Shown: positions 39,237 to 54,720 of the stretch, one piece after another
Position numbering within the stretch: the stretch's first letter is position 1
How the letters are laid out: each line of letters starts with the position of its first letter
Source of the DNA: Epiperipatus broadwayi
Lineage: Eukaryota > Animalia > Onychophora
Length of the DNA: 64,000 nucleotides
NCBI GenBank assembly: GCA_028023455.1
Contig: JAQFVV010000002.1
Coordinates: 2,418,001 to 2,482,000, forward strand
Direction: 5' to 3'
Program-made: the position numbers and the translations under genes
The notes under the pieces: generated by a model
What the model was told of the DNA's origin: nothing
Database searches by the model: none
What the model saw: the letters and a program-made list of their open reading frames with translations, nothing else

Positions 39237-40189
39237 ATAGTTCAAGTGCAAACTGAAAGTGCTCCATTACATTTGCATTTATTGCACTTGACATCAGGAA
39301 GTCTTTAAACATTAACATAATCCTTTATTTCATAATTCAGTATCATGTCTGAAGACTATCATTAACTAACTCCATTATTTATTTGACTTTGTTAGATATG
39401 TGCTAGCTAATAAAGTCATGCACTTTTATTTTCTATTAACTTAAAGAATAGGCAATAATAAAACTTCAGTTAACTTTAAATGATTGCAATGTATATGCCC
39501 TTACAAAATCAGACCTATACATTATGCATTTGATTCCATGACATTTTAAAAGTAAAACAACACAATAAATAGCATCTAACCATTTGGAATACAAAGCAAA
39601 ATAAAAAATTTAGGGAGAAAATGGCTAAAAACCTGAAGCAAAATCAAGTTCATTCTTGAGTCCCTTAAGCGGAAATAATATCTAACATAAAGAGGCAACT
39701 AAACATACAGAATTCAAGTGCAGTAAATGAAATATCTGTAAGATCTCCATATAAAACACTCATACACATAATCAATCTTCAATTTCAGATACATGTGTGA
39801 AGCTAACAAAGTAAATATGAAAAACTGTTTTCAAATTTTAAGCACAATAAAATCAATTTACTAAATTATTTACATGATAGGTGCATATCACATTATATAC
39901 ACATAATAGTTAGTTCCCCAAAACTTATTGTAAAGCAAGATTATATTAAAAAAACAAGAAATAAGAGGTTTCTATGGTGAAAAATTTATCTCATTCCTAT
40001 GAATAAAAATTATACCATAAATATATAACAAACAACTGAACTTAGTATATATATTTATTTAAAAATACCCTAATGTACAATATATGCATGTTAACTGTTC
40101 TGCTGTGTATTATGCAAATATGCAATTAAATTATATATGTATGGAAGATAATGCAATTATGTAAAATTAAAAAAAACTTAGCTTAAAGT

Positions 40190-40770
40190 TGTTCTTCCTT
40201 AATATCCATCCATTGAGCATTCATTTTTCAGCTATCTCAGTCATCAGTGACTTTTCCTTAGAATCTATCATTGTCTTTTATATCATTTGATGATCTTGAT
40301 TTTTATTAAAGATACTTAAATGTTGGTGACTGATGATCTCTAGTGAAAAATTTAAAATGAATGGTTGATTTGCTTATTCGATTTTCTTTTCATATAACAT
40401 GTGTATTATAAGATCTTATTCATTGATGTAAGACATTTTTAGATTTTGTGGAACATTCTAATTCAGGTCAAATTCTTTGAAAATGTTGTTCATGGCTTTT
40501 CTACAGGCATGTTGAATTCCTTTTCTTCATTGTCTTCTTTAATTCTTCCATGTGTGATTGCAAAAGCTCTTCAATGTTGTCATCATCAATTTTTTTTCAA
40601 CATATATATTCAAAGTGTTGACCAAATGCTGCATTAGTTGTTGATGTTAGTACATCTTGCAAATTGTGATAATTTTTGATCCATAGATTGAAGAAGTGAT
40701 GTGGTGTTTGATGTTATTAGTTGCTGCTATAATTCCAGTTGAAATTGTATGTTGCTGTGAACTTTAAAAA
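40190..40770 (-). mobile_element. Tigger/pogo-like transposase C-terminal remnant
   Basis: The minus strand reads ...IDDDNIEELLQSHMEELK...ECSTK..., resembling the Tigger-family C-terminal D.EELL.SH..EL motif. Many stops. Confidence 0.5.
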
Positions 40771-41170
40771 AAAATCATATCATTTGGGGGGGGGGGGTGT
40801 TTGGTTTCAGTGTGCAAATATACAAAAAAATGAACTGAGAAAAAAAGAATAAGTTTGGAGTTGACAATTTTTTGGATTCTTCCACAAAATCATTGATCAT
40901 TGCACTGAAAAAGAATAAACTAAAGTTTCATTTTGTTTAAATTCATAGACTTATATTTTACTTATGAGAAATTATTTAGCATTATAAAAGCAACATTTAT
41001 AATATCTCATTAATTGTACTGTTGTATCCGTATAGACTTGTTATTTATCAATGATGTAAGAATAGTCAATAATTGTGCAGGTAATTGAAAAAAAAAAAAA
41101 TCTAACATATTAAAAAAAAATATCTAATGTTTGCATATTGTAATAAATATTTATATATTTTATAATATGT

Positions 41171-41364
41171 GTAATAATGTTCAATGCTAAATGGGTTTAT
41201 AAGTAACCATTAGAAACCAGTCAACACTTAGACAATACCAATATAGATAACAATCAAGAATTTCAAACTAAAAAAACTAAAAGGAGGTTGCCTTGACAAA
41301 AGTTTGAAATTCTTGATTGTTATCTATATTGGGATTGTCTAAGTGTCGAATGATTTCTAATATT
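41171..41364. mobile_element. Small fold-back insertion with TSD
   Basis: Arms 41211-41269 and 41301-41359 with a 31 nt spacer. 40 nt unique left segment. 13 bp TSD ttttataatatgt (41158-41170 and 41365-41377). Confidence 0.8.
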
Positions 41365-44300
41365 TTTTATAATATGTACAATGCATATATCTAAATAAAG
41401 AGCACTTTGTAGTATTTTTCTATGGCATGAGATGTCACATTTTATTACGGGTGGTAGCTATTTTGTTGAAATGATCTCACAATTTTTCAAATAATACAAT
41501 ATGTTGTAATGACAGAAATATGGATCATTTAAATAAAAATTAAAAGCATCATACTTCTTTGATTTATTTGTATTGCATGTTCAGCATGTAAAATGTATTA
41601 TGAAATTTCTAATGATAAAATCATTTTCCTTTTTATATCAAAAATATGTTTGTAATAATAAATATTTTGATTTGACTGAAATTTACTATAATAAACAAGT
41701 GATGATTTAATTAGAATATATAAAGATTTTAAATTAAAATTGCTCAACTCAATAATTTAGTTAACATGTAACAGTACACAATTAAAAATTAATTCTTAAT
41801 ATATAACCAAAATTTATTTTTAGTTTTATGCTGCATGAAATTGTATTTCTTTTTCAATATTAAAATTTCTTAAGTTTACTTTAATTGTACCATTAAACTA
41901 AGAGATTATAATTTACAATTTAGCAAGTAAATATTATTTTTAACTTAGATTTAATAATTGAATATTTCAGCTAATATAGTATTGTACACAATTTAAAATT
42001 AATTAATAATAATATAATATATGACCAAAACATATTTTTCATTTTTTATTAAGTGAATTTTTTTTTGGCACTATTTTTTTAGCTTTTGATAATGCATTCT
42101 TTGTCTTGAATACCTTTGAAACACCTTATGATATTATGATTTGAAATTAAACCAAATACTGTACAGCAAATGACATTTTAAATTTACATGTACTGACTTT
42201 GATTGTATAATATATAAATCTTTTTTTTCTAAAAATAACTTATTGTGATTAAATTTTGCAATTACAAGGATCATAATTTTTGCCACAAGCAAAATACTGT
42301 TAATAAGAATTTTTAATCTATAAAAGTGAGTGAATCTACAGTTTTTAAGCTAATGTTCACATTTAAAAGCATAACATTAATACATTTGGTTGTTATACAT
42401 CATCAAAATAGGATTTTGATTATTACTGTTCTGAATAAAACACTTTTTTTACTTTTATAGTCATTAAACTTTACTTTCAGTATGTCATTAATTAATGTAT
42501 TGATTGTTTTCAAGAACACTGGATATAATGTACATTAATTGTATTTTATTTTCATAATCAAAATGTTGTATAATATTGTATACTCTATTATGTATAATGA
42601 GTAAAATTTCTATAGTACATTTTTAGTATAAATGCTCATTTTTCTTTCAGATCAGATAAAGTCTTTATCTATGATGGGCATCAATCTTACAAGATTGACA
42701 TCAGTTTTAAATGGCCATCAAAAAGAATTCATTTTTTGTGTGATTGTTGTAGTAAATAATTGGTGGAAAATCAAAACAGGGGTATAAATTGTCAATGATT
42801 ATTATGCTAAATCCTCTTATAAATATCATGTGCTAAGTTGGATACAGTCATATTTATAATCTGTATATTTAATTTTATTGAAATATGTAATATTTTATTT
42901 AAAATATTAGTTTAAAATATCTGTGTTATTTCAAATAAATTATTGCAAAGAACATTGTAATTTTTTTCAATGTGAATGTGTGTTTCTATTAAAGCCACGG
43001 AGATTGTGATGTTAAAGATAAAAATGTGAAAAATTTGAATGATGATAATGACATAATCAGTATGATAAATTTGAGTGATGATGATTACTTAATTAATCAC
43101 CTGAATAGAAAATTATAAATAAAAGTGCAGCATCTAGATTATTCTCTTTCACTTGTTGTCTGATGGCAGAATCTTCACACTGCTTTTATATGAAATAGCC
43201 ATCTTGGATTGTTATATTTTCATGAAGTGTTAAAACTAGATTTTATTGAGAAATAGGTTCTTCTTAAGATTGTTATCATAAATAACAACACTTATGGAAA
43301 CATTGTATAATGTAAAAATGGACAAATAATTGGAATAAAAAATATTTTATTGGAATTGCAAAATCTGATAAATTCGAGGAATTCTTGCCTCTTATTCTTC
43401 ATCTGTAAAAAGTAGAAAACAAAATTTCATGAATAATTTATTATATAAATGTCTATGTACTGAATAACTTGTTTTAACAAAATTTCTTACAAATTAATGG
43501 ATTTTAAAGGTGTTTTTTTCTATAAAAAAAAGTTTTCTTCAAAAATATTAATATATGTGAAATTGCCTTAAGGAAATTTCTAATTGCATATAAAAATATA
43601 TTTATCAAATAGAGAAAAGCAAGTTATCTGGAACCCAAATATTAGGTTAATTACAACAGCATTAATGGATTTTACTTTAAAAGGATAAATTATCACGAGT
43701 TTGATATATTGAAAACATAAGTCATTACATCATCTTTTAGAATTTACACAAAGAGAAGCACTGAAGAACCCTTCTCATTATTGCTCTAGAGTATGTGCAA
43801 GCATTAAGTTACCCTTACACTTTATAATTATGGTATGTTTGAAGTTTTATGAAGAATTATTTGTAGAATTATATTATTTTATGATTATAAGTTTTTACAT
43901 ATAATACTATACTGTTATTTAGTAGAGGAATAATCCCTGACAATTTGCTTTGTAACTTTTTATTTATGTTTAGCCTAAGTATGCATATTTGTAATGTCAC
44001 ATGTACCTATGATGAGTATATATTTTAGTCTCTGTGGTTATTAATATTTGATATAGTATTGTAAAATTACATAGTGAAGGAAGCCTCCTGATGATTCCTA
44101 TTTTGGGCATATAGTTTATAATACCTTGTGTATTTGTTGAATTCATATGAATATAGTATGAAGTTTGTTAACTTTGCAATGAAATGACTAGAGTTTACAT
44201 AAAAGAAACACATATTTTAAGATAGTGACAATATATTAATATATAAAGATCATATAAAGTATTTTATAATAGTTAATTAATAATTGTATAATTTTCAAGT

Positions 44301-46519
44301 TCATTTTAGTGCTTATATAAACAACTTTCTTTGATTAATAGCTCATTTAACAACATATAAAGATATATTTATATTTTATATTAGAAGGATCAGATTTGAA
44401 TAATAAACTTTATTTATTTCTAAAATCTATTAAAACCATTGATGATATATTTTATCTATGACTTAATTTATTATTATTATTACTTGCAATTTTGTAAATA
44501 AACTATATTTATTAAATCATTTGGACTCTTGTGTTTCATATTTTCATGCTCATCATCTAATTGGTAATTTATGATCATATGATATTATAATATGTTTATT
44601 TAAAGATACACTGATTTTGTAAATGTAATCATCTTGATATTAGTCACTAATACTAGCATATATAATTTAAATATTAATGCTTAGTTACTATAAAATATAG
44701 TTTAAGTAGAATAAATTCTTTTTGTTATTCAACTGTATCAATTATAAGATTTGTAATTACTTAATAAAATTCCAAGAAACTTAGAGAGAATCTGCTAACT
44801 AATGATTTGTTACTCTTCTCTGCATTATACTGTTACATGCATTTATTATTGTAACCCTGAGATATTATTAATACATATTTACATTATTTTAAAATTTAAA
44901 GCAGATGTAAATATTTTGATTACATTAAGAGTGTTATTCACTTATTATTGTTTAAGCTAAGATTTTGGACATTGTCTTTTTTTTTTTAACATAATACCTA
45001 ACCAATAACTCAACAACAACTCAATTTGACTTAACAATTTTATATAGTGAAAATGATTTGTATTTCCATACTGGCTTGTATAGTTATTGCAAAGCTCATC
45101 TTTTAGGTTTTTTTGTTCTTTGCTTTTTTTTCATGTCAGTCTAATTAATTATTAACGATGGTAAATGACATAATGTGTTAATATCCATATTGTAGAAGTT
45201 TTCTGATATTTGATCCATTATTTTTAATCCCTACCATATCTTTTTATAATTAAAAAATAGATATTTCTAATTGTTTTAATTTAGATTAAAAGTAGTATAG
45301 TTTTTGCTATGTTTCTCACTTTCTCACTCTATTTGTTGACACTTTACATTAAATTATTAATCTATTTTTTCTAATACAAATTGTATTTTATAATTGTTTT
45401 GTTCCTGGTATAATCTATTCATTTAACATATTTGCTATGTTTATTTATTTAAAATCAAAATATTTTTTGAGCCAAGTTCTTTCATTTTTATTTTTTGATA
45501 CTATTTATTAAAAGATGCAATTAAAATCAGCAATGAAAAGAGATTATCAATGATTGGTAGTAATGAGGTTTATAAAAAGAATAAACATAGATAAAATGTT
45601 TTTATTTATTATCCCTTGACAATTTTAATAATAGAGCATTATATGAAAGAATACATTAAATATAGGTTAAATAAAATATGTAATAATATATTTTGGAATT
45701 CTTTAGAAATAAATAATAAAACCTATAATTAATAGTCCATAATCAGATTTGCATAGCTTGATAAACAATAAGAATAGAATTCAAAACTTTAGGGTGTTTA
45801 AAAATTGAAAAATTAGCTTAACAAATAAGAATTAACTGTTCTAAGTTTTTAAGATAAAATATTCAATACTTAGAAGATAATTCAAGGATTTTTATTAGTC
45901 AATATTATCAGGCATCTAATGATTCTCATGCTTACAAAGAAAAAATGATTAATGCTTTCAACTATAGTAGCATTTCTAATTTTAATAAGCATATAAATAA
46001 CATGACTATTAAATATAAAATGCTGAAAATATAAATATATTCAGGGAACAACTAAGACTGAATTTATTATTATGACATTTTCTAAATCAGAGTTCGAAAA
46101 AATAATTTCTTAACAAACAAAAGGTGGCCACTTTTATCTAACCCCAATCTTTTTAAATGGTAAGTAAATCATGTATCAATACTTTGTATGAATCAAAGTT
46201 TATATAAATGCCATTTGTGTAATAAATAATCACACCAGTTTACATTTCAAATACTATTCAAGATGAAAGTTCAACTAACTATTAAATTTGTAAAGAAATT
46301 ATTGCTAATAAATATGTAACAATCCAAGAATAAGTTTATATTTTCACTGTAATATATATATATAATGGTTATGATTTATATACTGGCTTATTAAAACTTT
46401 TAATATTTTCATCATAAATTTTCATCATAATTAATATTATATTCATTAATTATCATTACATAACTCATTGTTAAAATTACTTCTTCTAGTTTTTTTAAAA
46501 TAAATATTGTAAATTTTAT

Positions 46520-47480
46520 TATTGTACTTTCAGATGACATTATTATTGTTATCATTCAGTATTAATCATCTACAAGGTGAAAACCTCCCCACATTCAATG
46601 TAACTTTTTTAAAATATGTAATTTTTTTTCCTCCACATCACTCCCGAAATTTCCTTATTTTATCTATTCAGATCATGAATGGTCATTTTCTATACTGTCT
46701 AGAACTTATTAATGTCCAAGTTAATATTTTAACTATGAATCTATTATTAATTTTTCAAGAAACATGTTTGGTTCAACTCCAATTTAATTCATTTAAATAT
46801 GTGTTGTCTTACACATATATTTCACATTTGATCTCACCATATTAACCTTAACATACATTTTCAATACTTCTTTGTTTTGTCTGAGTATTGCTCTTCCATT
46901 AAGTGTTTCTATCACAGATCCATTTGTAAAAATTGATAAACACTTTATTAAAAGCCTTTCATTTTAAACACATAGTAAATTTTATTTTACTATCAAATTA
47001 CTCCTATCAAATACATTTCATCAGAGTTTAATTGTTAATGTCAACTATTGTATTGACATTCAGTTACTAATCTAGTCGTTTTATTTTCATTATTAACTTT
47101 TTAAAATTATTGCCATTACTTTTTTCCTTTTTTAAAAAAGAGACATTGAACATTATTTTAATGTTGGATTTTTTTTTTTCCATTTATTTTTAGACCTACA
47201 TTCTTGCTTTAACTAATTGCTCTTGCAATACTTTCTGAAAATCTGAAATATCTTCACAAATCAACCATATCCTCTTTATAAATAGATGACTTGTAATTCC
47301 TATATATTTTATTCCTTTAACTTTCTATTTTAATTCATAAAATACATCCTGAAATTTACAACTACTGTAAAAAAATTTGGAAATTTGCAATATTCATTTT
47401 TTACTATTTTTACCTTGTAAACTATTTTTTGCTGTTATATTTTGATAAATAAACTTCAAATTTTAACAATAATGTGAGTT
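46520..47480 (-). mobile_element. Decayed RTE LINE 3' part
   Basis: The minus strand has GLKINGKK and ...DKIRKFRE*CGG (compare DEIRKCAGVMW), plus a gataacaataataatg tail similar to the 8988 copy. Confidence 0.55.
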
Positions 47481-48141
47481 ATATCTCAATGTTCTAAAGT
47501 TCTGATCATCTCTGAAGTATTTATAAATTCAAATGTCTTCATAATCTATGAAGCTAATGAACAATGGTAGCTCATATTGCTTGACCTTACATTGTTCTAA
47601 AATGTGGTTGGTTTAATTTCAATGTTAGTTTGCTTTGTAATTGTAGATGAATTACAATAATTTTAATAAAGAAATGACAGATGGTTGATAAGTCTCTTAT
47701 TTTGTAGGATCTTTTTTTTATCTTTCTTTAAAAGCAATATTATGTTGACAAACTAACAAAAATCTGATATAATCTTATTAATTATACATTTGGTATATTG
47801 CTTTGTGAAAAAAAAAGGTCTTACATTTACATTTTTTAAAATTATAAAATGATAGCTACATTATTAGTTCTATGCCTTATCATTTAAAATATTTGGTATT
47901 TCATAATATATATAATTATAATGGTTATTTTGATTACTTATTTATTACTGTATTTTTTTATAGGACTGTTCTAGACAATTTAGGATATTATTTCTATTTT
48001 TAGTAAGAATGTTATTACTTTTCATTAGTAAAACAACTTTGTTTTTATTTCCAATATATTGTTTTATACTTTTGAGACTTTTTTTCTGTAGTTATGTCAT
48101 TATTAACATTTTTCATATTTATTTAGAATAAGAGATATTAA

Positions 48142-48220
48142 TATTTACTAAGGCTGTAACCTCAAGAATATCTCATAAAATGCGATAGTAAGGACCTCTA
48201 CAGGTCTTAACCACAAGCTT
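48142..48220 (-). repeat. Short interspersed repeat, copy 2 (homolog of 36911-36992)
   Basis: Reverse complement matches 36911-36992. Confidence 0.8.
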
Positions 48221-49458
48221 CTATTTTTCTAAAATTATTCTTTTAAAATGTTTTCCTATTCATTAATTATTTGTGCACTTACTTATGTCAGTTAAAAATT
48301 TATTGAAAATTCCTGCAGTTTTGTACCCACTATCTATGTAAAAGTTTCTAATATAATATTTTTTAATAGAGATTTGTTAAATTAATTCAGATATGCAAAT
48401 TGATATGAAAAGGTATAAGAAACCTTTTCATATTAACATGCATATCTCAAGTTTTCATGTACTATATAGTTTTATGAAAAGAGCTTGACATTGGATATTT
48501 AGTGTAAGTTAAATTGTCTAATAGTTTAAGCTGTAAAATCCCTTACAGTATTTCTAAATGTTGGAATATCAACGATTAATATTGTATCTTTATTAAGAAC
48601 CTTTTCTAATTTTGCATTAATTCATGTCTTGTATTTAACTATTAATAATTTTCTGTATTTAATTCTTTATGTACTTTATAATGTATAAATTAGTCAAGTA
48701 ATATCCATCTTTACTGAATTTTGATCTGAATACTTGAATTTTACATTTCTGTTTTAATTCTTTTCTAAGAAAGAAAACAAAATTAATTATATGCAAATTT
48801 TTTTTTGCAAATCTCATAAGAGTATATCCTCTTTTGTTTTCTATGTTCATAATCAAATAGATCCACAGCATTTTTTTTTTCAATATATGACATTTCCATT
48901 AAATATATATCTCTGTATTTGTATTACTTTCAATCTTCAAAATGTTGTGATTTTATTTCTTTTATTTAGAATAAACTACTCCACTTTAGTTTCCAATTGG
49001 ACTGCATTTAGCCAATTGCATCTCCTTTTTTTAAAAAAAATCAATTGTCTATTCAATTTTTTTTTAATTTTCCAAATCTATCAATGTCCAATTTAATATT
49101 AGACTGTTCCTAATTTATATTGTTTTCCTGTTTGAAAATTATCAACTTAAATTGTGTGATTGAATGTCAACATTTATTTATAACCCAATGTGTTTTAGTA
49201 TCCAAAGCCTTAATCTACTATTCATTGCTTTGATTTATAACTCTGTAGCTTCCATAAAATGAGGGGAAAATTTATTATTGCTTGTCAAGACAAGAAATAT
49301 TAAAAAGTGAGCTGACACACATCCATTTACACCTTTATTCTATATTCAGAAAAAAAGCAACTGGAATCTAAGTTGTAAACATTCAAGTATCTAAAAAAAA
49401 GACCATTAGCTCAGAAATAAAAATCAGTAATTTTGTAATATTGTCTTATGCACTATGG

Positions 49459-49767
49459 CAGTGGGCCCCCAATCTTTTTGCGCATAAGAGCACATTCTAT
49501 AATACTGGACAGGTGGCGGGCACCATTTATTTTTTCAATGTAAATTTATAGTTGAACATTGTTAATGATAGACTTTTTTACGCTGTAAAAGTATAGTATG
49601 ATCTACAATTTGATTACAATATAATACAATAATTCATAAGAAATCTTAAAAATTAAATTTATTTGTATCAGATAAATAATTTTTTATAGTGTTCAGATAG
49701 CGGCAGGCACATGTAAAATGGCCTGCGGGTGCCATGGTGCCTGCAGGCATAGGGTTGGTGACCCCTG
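49459..49767. mobile_element. hAT-superfamily MITE (309 bp)
   Basis: Termini cagtgggcccccaatc... and ...gggttggtgacccctg. Perfect 8 bp TSD cactatgg (49451-49458 and 49768-49775). Confidence 0.9.
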
Positions 49768-51198
49768 CACTATGGGAACATTTTAAGTATGATCACTTAT
49801 CACATAAATAGACACTTAGTAATAATAGTCTCAATGTCAAAAATATATCAATTAAATACTAAAATTTTATCTCCTCAAAGAGTAATCAATGGTCATCCTT
49901 CAGTTGATAGCTATCACCATTTTGTGGCCATTACTATTATTTAAATTATCATTATTAAAATACTATTACTATAATTGTTGACATTATTGTAATTATGTAA
50001 CTAGATGGTTTCCTTTTTAGTAGTGAAATAAAAGAATAGTATTTTAAAAAATATATAGCAAATGAAGTGGTTTAACTGTTTTTTGTTGTTTTTTTTTTGC
50101 TTTTCTACTTAATCTTAATAGTAGTAGTATTATATTTACTTCATTTATATTATTATTGCTACCAATTATTACCACTACTATTATTATTATTGTTAACATG
50201 TCAATATGTCAAATAAATAGATTAAAGAATTAACCTGTAATATATGTCTCCTTGAATAATCATTATAAAGATTAGTTTTTGTTCTTATAAAAAATTTTCT
50301 TTTTTTAATTACAAGGCTTTACTTATTTAGCAGTGTTTCAAACTATTATTATTATTATTTTATATATTCAAATATTTATTATTAACTAAATGGATAATTC
50401 TGGTTTAATTGTTAACCTTGTCTGCTTTATAGTCCACATATCAATTAATATGTTCAATTTAGAAACATAAATTAATTGAAGGATGTTGGAGAGACACTCA
50501 AATATTCAAAGATGTTCTGTCTTTGCAATATTTTTGAATGACCTTTACTACCTGGATTATGGCAATCTGGATTGTCTCAGCTCAAATAATAAAATTTGCA
50601 ATAATAAAATTAGCAGCAATTGTATATAAGGAATTATATATAATATATTTTAAATAATAAACCACAAATTGCCAATAGCTATATGATTTTTAAATATAAG
50701 TTCCATTATCCAGTTTTTATCTATAGGGTTGTCTGATGGCAGATTGTCAATTCCATGATATTTTAAGTTTTAATTATTATCATGTGATTTATATGCATGT
50801 CACATATTTAAATCTTTTATGAAATCATTTTACAATATCTAGGTTTTAATTAAAGTGAAAGGCTGAAACCTTTTTGAATGCGCATTATAGAATGCTTATA
50901 TGACAGACAATCAGATATAATAATGACTGTATAGGCAATTCTCAGATTGCAACACAAGACAGAGATTTTTATAATAAAAAAAGGTGATTCCACCTTCTTC
51001 TTTACTTAAATTTCTACTTTTGAAATTATTAGTTTTTTTTTTTTTTGTCTCAATCAATTATGCGCAATATTTTTGTCTATGTCTCCGTTTTAAAATTGCT
51101 AACATTCCTATTTTTAAACATTATAAAATTGTTAAGTTTTGTGTTATCTAAACTAAAATGGGAATAATCATTTGATGGTTGCTAAACCTAAGTTGCAA

Positions 51199-51859
51199 AG
51201 CCTGTAACTCCATGTAATGCATCATTTGGACTTTATTGTGAACACAAATGGATTAAGTTTATGTTTATTAATCCAACTGATTTTTTATGTAACTCTAATT
51301 TTGTAACTAGTTTTTTTTTTGATGTGTCTTTTCAACTTATAACATAACAATAATGATCTGTAGATTGTATTTTTATGGAATGCTAATCATAGAGCTTTGG
51401 ATTCCTGATCGGGCACTATTGTACACTCTGTGACCCGATCATGGACTCAAGGTATTATGTCAAAATGTCCCTAGTCCATAGGGGTGATTGACACCCTTGG
51501 ACTGCTTTGTAGTGATATCCAAATTATATTGGTTACATTATGTTAAATGTCCCTAGTCCATAGGGGTGATTTACACCCTTGAATCCTTTGTAGTGATATC
51601 CAAATTATTTTGATTACATGTAGTTTTCTATGATGATTATCATCTAATATTAGCTATTATCTAAATGTTAATTGATATAGGTTTGTTTTTTCAATTTATG
51701 ACCTTGTAATAATGATGTTCCCATGGATCTTTGTACTGTAACTCTGAAGACCCATGGTAGACAATGCTTGTAACCATCTGTTTGAACTAATGCCTTTGTT
51801 CACAATTATGTATCTTGGTGCTGTAAATAAAGTATCCCTTGAAATGTAAAATAAGTATT
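51199..51859 (+). mobile_element. Unclassified ~660 bp insertion with an internal 82 bp tandem duplication
   Basis: 10 bp flanking direct repeat taagttgcaa (51189-51198 and 51860-51869). aaatgtccctagtccataggggtg... occurs at 51463 and 51545. aataaa lies near the right end. Confidence 0.45.
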
Positions 51860-52330
51860 TAAGTTGCAATTATTTTTTTTTATTTTTTTTAAGAATATTC
51901 TCTTCTGATTATTTAAAAAAAAGTTTAATAGAAAGTGTACAGTAGACTAATACTAATATTAAAAACAAAGTAAACTTAATCTGTGTATAAAGTTTATACT
52001 CTTTGTAAAATTTAATTCAAATAAACTATGGACCACATAACTCTTCATTATTAAATATAATTATATAAAAATAAAAGCACTTCTATTTTTCATTATCAGA
52101 AATATTCTTTTATAACAATTCAATTAATGTTACTATGCAACAGGGTCCGACAAACTGTTTGCTGAATAATGAACTTTTAGGTAAAAAGATTATGTCACTT
52201 TATTTCAGATTCTATCCCCATTTACATGCTTTGAACTTGTTTTTTTTCATAAAGTATGATTATATTTTATTTTTGTAGATCACAAATATATAAAAAAAAT
52301 ATTGATGAATTAAAATAAAAAGTGATTACA

Positions 52331-52842
<512 letters not shown>

Positions 52843-53839
52843 AGTTGAAAAGCTAACCAATAATATATCTAAGGCATTGTAAAATTTTGCCTTTGGTTAT
52901 AATTTTAAAAATTACATAATTAATTCAACTTATGAATAAAATTCTTTATAATAGCTTCTATTCTCTAATCATTGACCAAATGTGTGGTCTTAATTCAATA
53001 TTTTTATCTTTTTAATTCTTTCTATCAGCTCTGTGTTTTGAGCATGTATTCAACATTGAAAAGCTTAGATAATAACATTAAATCAATTAATTATTTGGAA
53101 AATGTACTAGATTTATTTTCCTGTGAGATTTGATCCGTGTATTTCTAAACATTTTAGATGACGAAAGAAAATTAATATTGGTAAAGATCTTCTTTCATTT
53201 AATAAGCTTTTAGCTTTGCTCTGCAGAGACTTCTGCTTGAACAGACATTTCTTTTCAATGTGTTTTTGCAAACATATATATAATATGAGAATACTTTTAA
53301 TGTTCATTTACAATACGCATACACTTATATATATATATTAAAATAGGAGTCATATCTATCAAGTTGATGGTTTATATTTTTTAAAGGAAAAAATAAGAAT
53401 GTATCCAAGAAAACATAATAGTTATGCATGGATATATAATAAATATACTGCATATTATCAATTTATAGTAAACAATAGTTAATTAATCAAAACCTAACAA
53501 TTATTCTCTTTGCTTATTTAATTTACAGCCAATATTTTTTTGGCATATGTTACCAACAATACAATTGGTCTTGAAATGAGTGTATAAGAGAAGGAGAGTT
53601 ATGTATGTGCCCACATAATATTTGAATAAATAATGTTAATTATTTATATAAATTTCTCAGCTTTTTATCCTACCAAATAAAAATAATATTAGTTAAATTT
53701 TTATAAAATTTCCAACAAATGTATAAAATCGCTCACTGAAAAACAATGCTTTATTTTTGCAACAAATATTGTTCCCACTTTTAAAGTTTCAAAAGAATCA
53801 AGTTAAAATTATTGTATATTTAATTACCTAAAAATCAAG

Positions 53840-54720
53840 ATCATTATATTCTTACCTTTTAGTTTAAAAAATGCTCATCAGATGGAGTTTATTTCTTCAA
53901 CAATTCAATTATCAAGTGCAATATTGTAACGAACAAGACAATGTCATAGCTGATATCATAAGCAGACATCCCATTGAACTGGAATTGTTTTATCTGATTA
54001 TGAACAACCTTTGCATTATGGCTGTGTTTTTTTAGTATTGATGACTCAGCTGAATAACTTAGCTGAGTTACAAATCAAAGATTGAATTATGCCATATCAC
54101 TGGTTATCTGGTTGATAAAGTAGAATCTAGAGTTATCAAAAGAATGATTGATAATAAATCTATATTTAGGTACAAATTGTCTAAGGGTCTGATGCACTGT
54201 AAAATGGGTAAAAACAAAGACTGATAATGGAGAACCATAACAGCATCTTGTATAAAGAGCAATTATTTTTATGTTTATGGCCTGTATGGGCACTATGGAC
54301 CCAGAAAAGTAGAATATGTGTGCAGACTATTATACTGACCTGGTATATATGCTTTTATATTAAACAGGCTCAGATACTATGGAATTTGCTTAAAATTCAA
54401 AATATACAAGCCATTCATTAGCTGGTGTATTACAACCTATAGTACCACAAGGTCCCAATGACCTTTAAGCAATACATTTTTATGGTTCTTTTCTGCTATT
54501 AGCAGTAAAAGTTCATGTTAATCGCATAGGACTTTTTCTCTAAATTTGTAGGTGCATACTCTGTGATGAAGGATAATAATTAGAGGGTAATCAAGTGCCT
54601 ACAAAAATCTCAATTCAACCTCATTAGAAAGCCTAAGTCTATTTTAACAGGCCATGCTACATCATTCTTGTCCAAAAGGTGGAAAGATTGGATAGGAGAC
54701 CAAGGTGTCTGTCATGTATT
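53840..54720 (+). mobile_element. Ty3/Gypsy pol remnant (RNase H end and integrase N-terminus)
   Basis: RWS.ILQQFNYQVQYCNEQDNVIADIISRHP, then YGHYGPRK, C..C-like, and GVLQPIVPQGPNDL*AIHFYG. Frameshifted. Confidence 0.8.

Noticed and set aside
42651-42781. Exon-like open stretch after tttctttcag; another frame reads VFIYDGHQSY (pogo DDE-like)
   Set aside because: Neither reading has enough supporting motif context.
43755-44110. ctgaaga/ctgatga words with nearby stems (also at ~31660 and ~3700)
   Set aside because: The GAAA box is missing in each case, so they cannot be called hammerheads.
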